A stretch of 39,227 nt of DNA. It comes from Comamonadaceae bacterium. Lineage in GTDB: Bacteria; Pseudomonadota; Gammaproteobacteria; Burkholderiales; Burkholderiaceae_C. The translations under genes and the position numbers were made by a program. The notes beneath the pieces were generated by a model, which saw only the letters and a list, made by a program, of their open reading frames with translations, was not told the DNA's origin and made no database searches. Location: contig CANHKH010000001.1 of assembly GCA_947460165.1 (NCBI GenBank), positions 1 through 39,227 on the forward strand, in the 5' to 3' direction. Shown piece after piece: positions 24,695 through 32,752 of the stretch; position 1 is the first letter of the stretch; each line of letters begins with the position of its first letter.

Positions 24695-25519
24695 ATGATT
24701 GAGTTCTCCACCAGCATTCCGGCAGCCGTGCTGTTTGCGCTGCTGTGCTGGTGGCTGGGCACGGGCGTCATCCTCTGGCTGGTGCGCTTGCCCGTGGCCA
24801 GCTTTCGCTGGAGCCTGCCGGTTTTCTCTCTTCTGTTCTTCATGGGACTGTGGGGCGCCCACACCAGCATGGACGCGGCCTCCCCAGACCGCGCCTACCT
24901 GGGCTTTGCCAGCGTGATCTTGATGTGGAGCTGGCACGAACTGGCGTTTCTCACCGGCCGTGTGACCGGTCCCCGGCGCCATGCCCTGAGTCTCGGTGCG
25001 CGTGGGTGGCCGCGCTTTGTTCAGGCCCTGCAGGTGTTGTTGCACCATGAGCTGGCCCTGCTGGCCAACTTTGTGCTGCTGCTTTGGCTGCAAAACGGCC
25101 AGCCCAACCACGTGGCTTTGTGCACCTTCGCGCTGCTGTGGTGCATGCGTTTCACGGCCAAGATGAATCTCTTTCTGGGCGTGCCCGAGGTGGGCGACCA
25201 GTACCTGCCGCGCCACCTGGCCTACTTGGGCAGCTATTTCAAACGCGGCCCGGTCAGTGGTTTTTTCTACCTCAGCATGGGCCTGGCTTGTCTGGCCTGG
25301 GGCTGGATGATCTGGCAAGCGCATATAGGCATGGTGGCCACCACCACCGGCTGGACTTTGCTGGCGGCTTTGCTGGGGCTGGCCATCGTCGAGCATGTGC
25401 TCATGGTTTTTCCCGTGCCCATGCAGCGCCTGTGGGGCTGGGCCATGTCGCGCGGTGAAGTCCCGACTGCGGCCATCTTGCCGGTCTCTTCCGTGGCTGC
25501 CAAGCCAGATCAAGCATGA
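24695..25519 (+). CDS. puhE: PuhE (DUF3623-type) membrane protein
   Basis: WW..TG.IL.L, W.WHELAFLTG.VTGP, LHHELAL, MR..AK.NLFLGVP, YLP.HL.YL.SYF, LAIVEH. Confidence 0.93.
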   Translation: MIEFSTSIPAAVLFALLCWWLGTGVILWLVRLPVASFRWSLPVFSLLFFMGLWGAHTSMDAASPDRAYLGFASVILMWSWHELAFLTGRVTGPRRHALSLGARGWPRFVQALQVLLHHELALLANFVLLLWLQNGQPNHVALCTFALLWCMRFTAKMNLFLGVPEVGDQYLPRHLAYLGSYFKRGPVSGFFYLSMGLACLAWGWMIWQAHIGMVATTTGWTLLAALLGLAIVEHVLMVFPVPMQRLWGWAMSRGEVPTAAILPVSSVAAKPDQA

Positions 25520-27072
25520 ATGCCATCACCTCTTTAGAGCAACGCGAGTTGCTGTCCAGCTTCGACGAACCACCTCATGCCATTGTCATTGGCAGCGGCT
25601 TTGGCGGGCTGGCAGCTGCCGTGCGCCTGCAGGCCAAAGGCTGGCGTGTCACCGTGCTTGAAAAGCTGGATGCGCCCGGCGGCCGCGCCTATGTGCACCA
25701 CAGCCAAGGCCATGTGTTTGACGCAGGCCCCACCATCATCACCGTGCCTTACCTCTTTGAAGAGCTGTGGAGCCTGGCCGGCAAACGCATGGCTGACGAG
25801 GTCAAGCTCAAGGTCATGGACCCGTTCTACCGCATCCGCTACGACGACGGCGACCACTTTGACTACAGTGGTGACCCCGAACGCATGCTGGCCGAGGTGG
25901 CCCGCATCAGCCCCAGCGACGTGGCCGGCTACAAACGCTTCATGGCCGAGGCCGATCACTGCTACCGCCTGGGCTTTGAGGCCCTGGGCGACAAGGCCTT
26001 TGACACCGTGGGCGACTTGCTCAAAGCAGCGCCCGCCATTGTGCGCATGCGTGGCTGGCGCAGCCTGCACACCATGGTGGCGGCGCACATCAAACACCCC
26101 AAGCTGCGCATGGCCATGAGTTTGCAAAGCCTGCTCATTGGCGGCAACCCGTTTTCTGTGACCTGCGTCTACAGCCTCATCAACGCGCTGGAGCGCCAAT
26201 GGGGCGTGCACTGGGCCGAAGGCGGCACCGGCAGCCTGGTCAAGGGTTTGGTGGGGCTGCTTGAAGGGTTGGGCGGCAGCCTGCGCTGCAATGCCGAGGT
26301 GCGGCGCATCGAGGTGGAAGGCGGCCGTGCCACCGGTGTCACCCTGGCCTCGGGAGAGCTCTTGGCGGCCGACATCGTGGTCTCCAACGCCGACACCGCC
26401 TGGACCTACCGCAACCTGATTGCGCCTGAGCACCGCCGCCACTGGACCGACAAGCGCATCTCCAAGGGGCGCTACTCCATGAGCTTGTTTGTCTGGTACT
26501 TTGGCACCCGCCGCCAGTACAAAGACGTGCCGCACCACATGATGCTCTTGGGTCCGCGCTACCAAGGCTTGCTCGATGACATCTTCACCAAGCACAAACT
26601 CGCGTCTGACTTCAGCATGTATTTGCACCGGCCCACTGCCACCGACGCCAGCATGGCGCCACCCGGTTGCGACACTTTTTACGTGCTGGCACCCGTGCCG
26701 CATTTGGACAGCGGCACCGACTGGGCCACGCAGGCCGAGCCCTACCGCCTCGCCATGGCCGAGGCGCTGGACCGCACCGTGCTGCCCGGCTTTGAGGCCG
26801 AATTGACCACCTCTTTTGTGACCACCCCGCAAGACTTTCACGACCGCCTCTTGTCCTACAAGGGCGCGGCTTTTGGCCTGGAGCCCTTGCTGCTGCAAAG
26901 CGCATGGTTCCGGCCGCACAACCGCAGCGAGGACGTTGAGCACCTGTACATGGTGGGCGCCAGCACCCACCCTGGTGCGGGCGTTCCCGGGGTGTTGATG
27001 TCGGCCAAGGCACTGGACTCCGTGGTGCCCAGCGCCGCTGAATTCATGCAGACCCAGGCCCTTCAGGCTTGA
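25516..27072 (+). CDS. crtI: phytoene desaturase
   Basis: VIGSGFGGLAAAVRL, FDAGPTIITVP, SMSLFVWYFGT, QSAWFRPHNRSED, GASTHPGAGVPGVL.SA. Confidence 0.97.
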   Translation: MNAITSLEQRELLSSFDEPPHAIVIGSGFGGLAAAVRLQAKGWRVTVLEKLDAPGGRAYVHHSQGHVFDAGPTIITVPYLFEELWSLAGKRMADEVKLKVMDPFYRIRYDDGDHFDYSGDPERMLAEVARISPSDVAGYKRFMAEADHCYRLGFEALGDKAFDTVGDLLKAAPAIVRMRGWRSLHTMVAAHIKHPKLRMAMSLQSLLIGGNPFSVTCVYSLINALERQWGVHWAEGGTGSLVKGLVGLLEGLGGSLRCNAEVRRIEVEGGRATGVTLASGELLAADIVVSNADTAWTYRNLIAPEHRRHWTDKRISKGRYSMSLFVWYFGTRRQYKDVPHHMMLLGPRYQGLLDDIFTKHKLASDFSMYLHRPTATDASMAPPGCDTFYVLAPVPHLDSGTDWATQAEPYRLAMAEALDRTVLPGFEAELTTSFVTTPQDFHDRLLSYKGAAFGLEPLLLQSAWFRPHNRSEDVEHLYMVGASTHPGAGVPGVLMSAKALDSVVPSAAEFMQTQALQA

Positions 27073-27093
27073 CGCCACAGCGAGCCAAACCTT

Positions 27094-28224
27094 ATGCAGC
27101 TTGCCCCTGACTCCTCCGTGGTTTTCTCCTTTGCCGACGCCGCCAGCCCGGCGCAAGACCTGCGTTCATGCGTGCACCTGATGCGCGGTGGCTCCAAAAC
27201 CTTTTTTGCCGCCAGCCGCCTGCTGCCTGCGCGCGTGCGCGATGCCAGCATTGCGCTGTATGCGTTTTGCCGCGTGGCCGACGACCTGGTCGATGAAGGC
27301 GATGGCAGCACCGACAGCTTGGGCCTGCTGACCGCGCGGCTGGACGCCATCTACGCGGGCCAACCGCAAGACCTGGTCGAAGACCGCGCGCTGGCTGCCG
27401 TGGTGCAAATGCACCAACTGCCTCGCCCCTTGCTGGACGCCTTGCTCGAAGGCTTTGCCTGGGACGCCCAGGAGCGCCGCTACAACACCCTGGACGAGGT
27501 GCAGGCGTATGCCGCCCGCGTGGCTGGCAGTGTGGGCGCCATGATGTGCTGGCTCATGGGCGTGCGCAGCCCCGAGGCCCTGGCCAGAGCCTGCGAGCTG
27601 GGCGTGGCCATGCAACTGACCAACATTGCCCGCGATGTGGGTGCCGACGCCCGCTTGGCCCGCGTCTACCTGCCTGGGGACTGGCTGCGGCAAGTCGGCA
27701 TTGAGCCCATGGCTTGGCTGACCCAGCCCCAATGCAGCCCCGCGCTGCAAAGCGTGGTCGAGCGCCTGCTGCAAGAAGCCGACCGGCTGTACCAACAGGC
27801 CAGCCAGGGCATTGCCGCCTTGCCCGCCGATTGCCGCCCAGCCATCATGGCCGCGCGCCTGATTTATGCCGAAATTGGCCAGCAACTGCGGCGCGATGGC
27901 ATGGACCCGGTGGCCAGGCGTGCGGTGGTGGCGGGCTCGCGCAAGGCCTGGTTGCTGGCCCGCGCTTGCGTGCAAGCGCGCTGGATCAGACCTGAGCCCC
28001 AGCACGTGCCCTCTTTGCCCGCCACGGCCTACTTGGTAGCGCATTGCGCGCATGCGGCTGGACTGCTCAACGCGGATGGTGCGCGCACGGCCCAGGCGCA
28101 GGCCTCGCCTGCCAAGCGTCCCTTGGCCCAGCGTGCCGGCTGGATGATTGATTTGTTCGAGCGCCAAGAGCAACTCCGCCGTGAGCGTGACCACCCGAAC
28201 TGGATGTCCAACGGCTTGCGCTGA
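27094..28224 (+). CDS. crtB: phytoene synthase
   Basis: GGSKTFFAAS, LYAFCRVADDLVD, YAARVAG.VG, LGVAMQLTNIARDVG.DA...RVYLP. Confidence 0.97.
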   Translation: MQLAPDSSVVFSFADAASPAQDLRSCVHLMRGGSKTFFAASRLLPARVRDASIALYAFCRVADDLVDEGDGSTDSLGLLTARLDAIYAGQPQDLVEDRALAAVVQMHQLPRPLLDALLEGFAWDAQERRYNTLDEVQAYAARVAGSVGAMMCWLMGVRSPEALARACELGVAMQLTNIARDVGADARLARVYLPGDWLRQVGIEPMAWLTQPQCSPALQSVVERLLQEADRLYQQASQGIAALPADCRPAIMAARLIYAEIGQQLRRDGMDPVARRAVVAGSRKAWLLARACVQARWIRPEPQHVPSLPATAYLVAHCAHAAGLLNADGARTAQAQASPAKRPLAQRAGWMIDLFERQEQLRRERDHPNWMSNGLR

Positions 28225-28432
28225 AGTTCCCCATCGCCCCTTGGTGCGTCTGGGTTCAGACCACAGTCCGCGGTCCACCGGCGGGCTGGACCTCCACCTT
28301 GCGCTCCTGGGTGATCCTCAAGGCGGCAAGCCCAGCCCGTTCTCTTGGCATGCCGGCAGTCCATGGCCGGGTGCACACCCAGGGTGTTCGCCCGTTCAAA
28401 AGGCCGAGGCGGCAAACAGGCCAAGTCTGTGC

Positions 28433-28505
28433 TTGACGCGTCCAAACGCATGCTTAGAATCACTTCTTCCTGCCATTGGTAATTTATTCCACTGAATGGA
28501 ATAAA
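28433..28505 (+). promoter_or_regulatory. putative promoter and palindromic operator of the MmgE/PrpD-Bug operon
   Basis: TTGACG(28433)-16-TAGAAT(28455), followed by the perfect inverted repeat TTTATTCCA-CTGAA-TGGAATAAA (28483-28505). Confidence 0.65.
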
Positions 28506-28558
28506 AGCCCTGGCGCCGCAGACCTGGCCCCTGTGCAGCCACTGTGTGTGAGTTTTCC

Positions 28559-30010
28559 ATGAGCTTTGTGCCTGCGTCCGCCATGACTGAACCCATCTCC
28601 ATCAGCCGTCAATTTGCCCGTTGGGCAGCCACCTTGCGCTATGAGGATTTGCCCGCTGAGGTGCAAGACAAGGCCAGGGCTTTGTTGCTGCATGCGCTGA
28701 CCGGCGGGCTGCTGGGTGCCAACTCACGCTCAGCCCAGGCGCTGGTGCATGGCACTTTGCACGAGGAAGGCCGCCCAGATGGTGCGGCGGTGTTTCACAC
28801 CACGCAAAGGGCCAGCCGCATTGGCGCGGCCTTTGCCAACTCGGAATGGATTCACGCGTCCTTTCTTTTCGACTCCTACCGCATGCTCACGCATCCCGGA
28901 CCCGTGCTGGTCCCGGCGGCGCTGGCGCAGGCTGAACTCGAGGGCCGCAGCGGCCATGAGCTGCTGCTGGCCTTGGTGGTGGGCTATGAGTTGGTGTGCC
29001 GGCTTTGCGATGACTTTATCCCCAGCACCGCCGCCCGAGGTTTCAGGCCCAGCCCGATTTTTGCCACCTTGGGCGCGGCCCTGAGTTGCGGCAAGCTCAT
29101 GGGCTTGGGCGAGGACGGCCTGGTCACCACCATTTCGCTGGCCAGCCACTTTGCCAGCGGGCTCAATGAAGGGCCGCGCGTGGGCACCAACGAGTTGCTG
29201 ATCCACGAGCCACAGGCCGCACGCAATGGGGTCTTTGCCGCCATGATGGCCAGAGCGGGTCACATCAAAGGCGCGGAAAGCACCCTCGAAGGACGGGCTG
29301 GTTTTTACAACGCCTTCACGGGCAGCCACACCGGTGAGCTCAGCCACAGCTTTAACGGCAGCAAGCAGGTGGACATGGCCAGCATCACGCAGGGTTTGGG
29401 CCAGCACTACAAGATGCTGGACTTCATGTTCCGCCTCTACCCTTGCCCGGGCTACAACCAGCCGGTCATTGAGCTGATGGCACAGATGCGCCAGCGCCAC
29501 GGCCTGCAGGCCCAGGACATGGCACAGGTGCGCATCCACATGAACGCCATAGAGACTGTTTACCCCAGCCCCGCGTTTGCACGCCATCAAGACTGGCAGC
29601 AGCCGCGGGTGTGGGACTCGACGCACTACTTTGCCGCACGCACCGCCGTGGTGGGGAGCTTTCCGGTGGCCAATGGCCTGCCACCGGGCGCTCCCGAGAG
29701 CGACCCCGACAAAGAAGCCCAGGCGCGCTCTTTCATGGCGCGCATCAAGCTGGTGCCAGAGCCACTGCGGGCCATGTTCTCACCAGCCATGGCCATTGAG
29801 TTGCACAACGGCCAGGTGCTGCAGGACAGCTACCCCTACGCGCACATGGTCTGGAACTTCGATCAACTGCGCCACCGGCTGCAAGCCTGCTCGGGTGCCA
29901 TCGAGGGCGGGCAAGAGCGGCTCGACGAGTTGGCCAACTTGGTGCTGGGGCTCGGTGAGCCGCAGACGCTGCAAGCCTTGGTGCGGCACATGCAAGGCCA
30001 AGCGGCGTGA
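28559..30010 (+). CDS. MmgE/PrpD family protein
   Basis: L.YEDLP.EV...A, AAFAN, THPGPVLVPAALA, LV.GYE...R, RGF.P, LEG..GFY, LYPC..Y. Start at 28559 or 28583. Confidence 0.9.
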   Translation: MSFVPASAMTEPISISRQFARWAATLRYEDLPAEVQDKARALLLHALTGGLLGANSRSAQALVHGTLHEEGRPDGAAVFHTTQRASRIGAAFANSEWIHASFLFDSYRMLTHPGPVLVPAALAQAELEGRSGHELLLALVVGYELVCRLCDDFIPSTAARGFRPSPIFATLGAALSCGKLMGLGEDGLVTTISLASHFASGLNEGPRVGTNELLIHEPQAARNGVFAAMMARAGHIKGAESTLEGRAGFYNAFTGSHTGELSHSFNGSKQVDMASITQGLGQHYKMLDFMFRLYPCPGYNQPVIELMAQMRQRHGLQAQDMAQVRIHMNAIETVYPSPAFARHQDWQQPRVWDSTHYFAARTAVVGSFPVANGLPPGAPESDPDKEAQARSFMARIKLVPEPLRAMFSPAMAIELHNGQVLQDSYPYAHMVWNFDQLRHRLQACSGAIEGGQERLDELANLVLGLGEPQTLQALVRHMQGQAA

Positions 30011-30071
30011 GCCACTGCGGCTGCGGACATTCTTATTTCACACATCCCACCCCATCCCACTGGAGACCGAC

Positions 30072-31031
30072 ATGAAAATTTTCAACATGCTGTGCTTGGC
30101 CCTGGCTGCGCTGACCTCAGGCGCGGCGATGGCGCAAAGCTACCCGGCCAAGCCCGTCAAAATCATCGTTCCCTACGCTGCCGGTGGGACCGGTGACATC
30201 TTGGCCCGCCTGATCGCCAGCGAGCTGACCAAGCAAACCAGCCAAAGCTTTGTGGTGGAAAACCGCACCGGTGCCGGCGGCATGATTGGCTACGGGGCGG
30301 GTGCCAAGTCGGTTGGCGATGGCTATACCTTGGTGGCCATGGATTCCTCCTACACCATGTTCCCCGGCTTGTATGGCGAGCGTGTGGACTGGAACATAGA
30401 GACCGACCTGGTGCCCGTGAGCATGTACGCCCGCGCCGCTTTTGCGCTGGCGGTCAACCCCAGCAAAAATTACAAGGGCGCTGAAGACCTGATCCGTGCC
30501 GCCAAGGACAAGCCCGAGGCGGTGAGTTTTGGCACCCCCGGCTTGGGCACCTTGCACCATGTGTTCACCTCGCAACTGCTGGCCACCACCGGCGTGCAAA
30601 TGACGCACATCCCTTACCGGGGCGCCAGCGAGGCGCTCAACGCCGTCTTGGGCAACAACGTGGACTGGACCTTTGTGGCCATGCCGACCATCACCGGTCA
30701 AATGGGCAACGAGCGCTTGCGCGTGATCGCTGTCACCTCCGAGAGCCGCTCGGCCTTGCTGCCCAACGTGCCCACGCTGCGCGAGGCCGGCATTGCCATG
30801 ACGGTGGCCAACTGGTTTGGCCTGGGCACGCCCAAAGGCACGCCCCCTGAGGTGGTGGCTTTTTTGCACAAACAAGTGGTTGACGCGCTCAAATCCCCAG
30901 AGGTGGCCGCCCGCATGAAGGCCATGGGCGCGGAGGTGGTGGGCAACAACCCGAGTGAATTTGCCGCCCTCATGCGCTCAGACCTGCGGACATGGACCAA
31001 GGTGATCAAGGACGCAGGCATCAAAAACTGA
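30072..31031 (+). CDS. Bug/TctC-family tripartite tricarboxylate transporter substrate-binding protein
   Basis: Signal peptide, then YPAKPVKIIVPYAAGGTGDILAR, VVENRTGAGGMIG, HIPYRGA, LPNVPTLREAG. SD GGAG upstream of ATG 30072. Confidence 0.96.
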   Translation: MKIFNMLCLALAALTSGAAMAQSYPAKPVKIIVPYAAGGTGDILARLIASELTKQTSQSFVVENRTGAGGMIGYGAGAKSVGDGYTLVAMDSSYTMFPGLYGERVDWNIETDLVPVSMYARAAFALAVNPSKNYKGAEDLIRAAKDKPEAVSFGTPGLGTLHHVFTSQLLATTGVQMTHIPYRGASEALNAVLGNNVDWTFVAMPTITGQMGNERLRVIAVTSESRSALLPNVPTLREAGIAMTVANWFGLGTPKGTPPEVVAFLHKQVVDALKSPEVAARMKAMGAEVVGNNPSEFAALMRSDLRTWTKVIKDAGIKN

Positions 31032-31044
31032 GGCTGTGGGGCAT

Positions 31045-31821
31045 TCACTGCGAAAAGCGCCCGGCCATGGACAGCTGTGTCGCCGCTGCCCTCACCAAGA
31101 CCACGGCCTCTTGTGTTTTCAGCGGCTGGCGGCGCGAATCTGGCATGGCCAGACCCACGCAGCCCAACAAGGTGCCATTGGCGCCAATCACAGGCGCTGC
31201 AATGGCGTGCGAGCCCTCATGGCGCTGACCATCGGACAGCGCATGCCCGGCTTGGCGAATCTCGCTCAAGAGGGCCCAAAATGTGGGCCAGTCTGGCAAG
31301 GCTTGCGCACCCTCGGCGCTGTCTTTTTCTCGCTCATAGATCTCGCGCACCTGGTCCTCAGGCAAGCTGGCGGCCATGGCCCGGCCCGACGCACCCCACA
31401 GCAAAGAGTAAGTGGTATTACCGCGCAGCACATACTGGATGGCATGGTGAGACTGCAGCATAGAGACAAAGCGCATGCGGCCTGTTTCTTTGAGGTAGGC
31501 GCCGTAAAAAGCCGATTCGCCGCTGCGCTCGACCAAGCCGTTGAGCACCGCCTGCACACTGGCCGTGAACGGGCTGGACGCGGCCAGCATGGTGCAAATG
31601 CGCAAAAAATCCATGCCCGGCCCGTAACTGCCGGTGTCCTCGTGCTGCACCACGTAGCCCGCTTGACGCAGCACGTTCAAAATGCGGTGGGTGGTGCTCA
31701 CCGGCAAATCCAGGGCCTGCGCCAAACGGGTGACCGTGGTGGCCTGGCCCGACTCTGCCAAGCCAAACAGCACGCGCACGCTGCGCAGCAAGCTGCTGTG
31801 AGCGCTGTCGGTTTCATTCAT
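31045..31821 (-). CDS. IclR-family transcriptional regulator
   Basis: wHTH SLLRSVRVL...LAQALDLPVSTTHRIL..L...GYV, GASGRA, L.EIR..G.A.S.G, IAAPV. Confidence 0.95.
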   Translation of the reverse strand: MNETDSAHSSLLRSVRVLFGLAESGQATTVTRLAQALDLPVSTTHRILNVLRQAGYVVQHEDTGSYGPGMDFLRICTMLAASSPFTASVQAVLNGLVERSGESAFYGAYLKETGRMRFVSMLQSHHAIQYVLRGNTTYSLLWGASGRAMAASLPEDQVREIYEREKDSAEGAQALPDWPTFWALLSEIRQAGHALSDGQRHEGSHAIAAPVIGANGTLLGCVGLAMPDSRRQPLKTQEAVVLVRAAATQLSMAGRFSQ

Positions 31822-31933
31822 CAAAAGCCATCCTTGGCGGGTTAAACATGCTCAAGCGATTGTGCTACTTTCAAATGAATCCCATCGGCCCTCGTCCACA
31901 GGGGACAGCCGTGCCAACCCAGGAACCTAGGCC

Positions 31934-32722
31934 ATGGAACTCGGACTGAGCCACAAATGCGTGCTGATCACCGGTGCCTCGCGGGGCATTGGACGGGCTG
32001 CGGCCGAATGCTTTGCAGCAGAAGGCTGTCGCCTTCGCTTGGTCGCGCGCCACCGTGCCCTCTTGGACGCCACCGTGGCGCATTTGGCTGCCCGCTACGG
32101 CGTGGATGTACAAGCCTTGGCCCTGGATTTGCGCGAGCCTGGCAGCGTTGAACAACTCGACCGCCTGTGGGGGCACGAGGTTGATGTGCTGGTCAACAAC
32201 GCCGGTGACATGGCCCATGGCAGCTTGGCGCAGATGGATGCACAAGCTTGGCGCACCGCATGGGACTTGAAGGTCTACGGCACCATAGACTTGAGCCGCC
32301 TGCTGTACGCCCGCATGACAGAGCGCCGCTCGGGCGTGATGGTCAACGTCATTGGCATCTCTGGAGGCGAGATGGTGGTGCCCAGCTACATCGCCGGGAC
32401 GGCTGGCAACGCCGCGCTGGACGCTTTCACCCGTGCGCTGGGGGCCGCCTCACCTGAACACGGCGTTCGGGTGGTGGGTGTGCATCCGGGGCTGGTGGCC
32501 ACAGACCGCCAAATCACGCGCTGGCAGCAGCGCGCGCTCGAGCAGTTGGGCGATGCTCAGCGCTGGCCAGAGCTCACCACCCACCTGCCGTTTGGCCGCA
32601 TGGCCCAGGCCGACGAGGTCGCCAAGGCCATTGTGTTTTTGGCCAGCCCTGCCGCGTCTTACATCTCGGGGACCAGCCTGACCGTTGACGGTGGATTCAG
32701 CCAGCACCATCTGGCGCGCTGA
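31934..32722 (+). CDS. short-chain dehydrogenase/reductase, atypical active site
   Basis: TGASRGIG, LVNNAG, SYISGTSLTVDGG. The catalytic region reads YIAGTAGNAAL instead of YxxxK. Confidence 0.93.
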   Translation: MELGLSHKCVLITGASRGIGRAAAECFAAEGCRLRLVARHRALLDATVAHLAARYGVDVQALALDLREPGSVEQLDRLWGHEVDVLVNNAGDMAHGSLAQMDAQAWRTAWDLKVYGTIDLSRLLYARMTERRSGVMVNVIGISGGEMVVPSYIAGTAGNAALDAFTRALGAASPEHGVRVVGVHPGLVATDRQITRWQQRALEQLGDAQRWPELTTHLPFGRMAQADEVAKAIVFLASPAASYISGTSLTVDGGFSQHHLAR

Positions 32723-32752
32723 GCAAAACGCCGCTGTCCGGTCACAGCCGAC

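Noticed and set aside
23696-25513. 605-aa antisense ORF, and similar long ORFs at 16027-17712, 25534-27156, 6311-7654, 2920-4161, 4930-6159 and 35881-37125
   Set aside because: They lie antisense to well-supported genes, have no recognisable motifs, and are the expected shadow frames of GC-biased codon usage.
28225-28430. Spacer after crtB as a pseudogene, IS end or ncRNA
   Set aside because: No recognisable protein remnant, terminal inverted repeat, target duplication or RNA family signature could be supported by eye.
29577-30071. Apparent 165-aa N-terminal extension on the Bug protein
   Set aside because: It is an alternative frame of the MmgE/PrpD gene; a clear SD and signal peptide mark ATG 30072.
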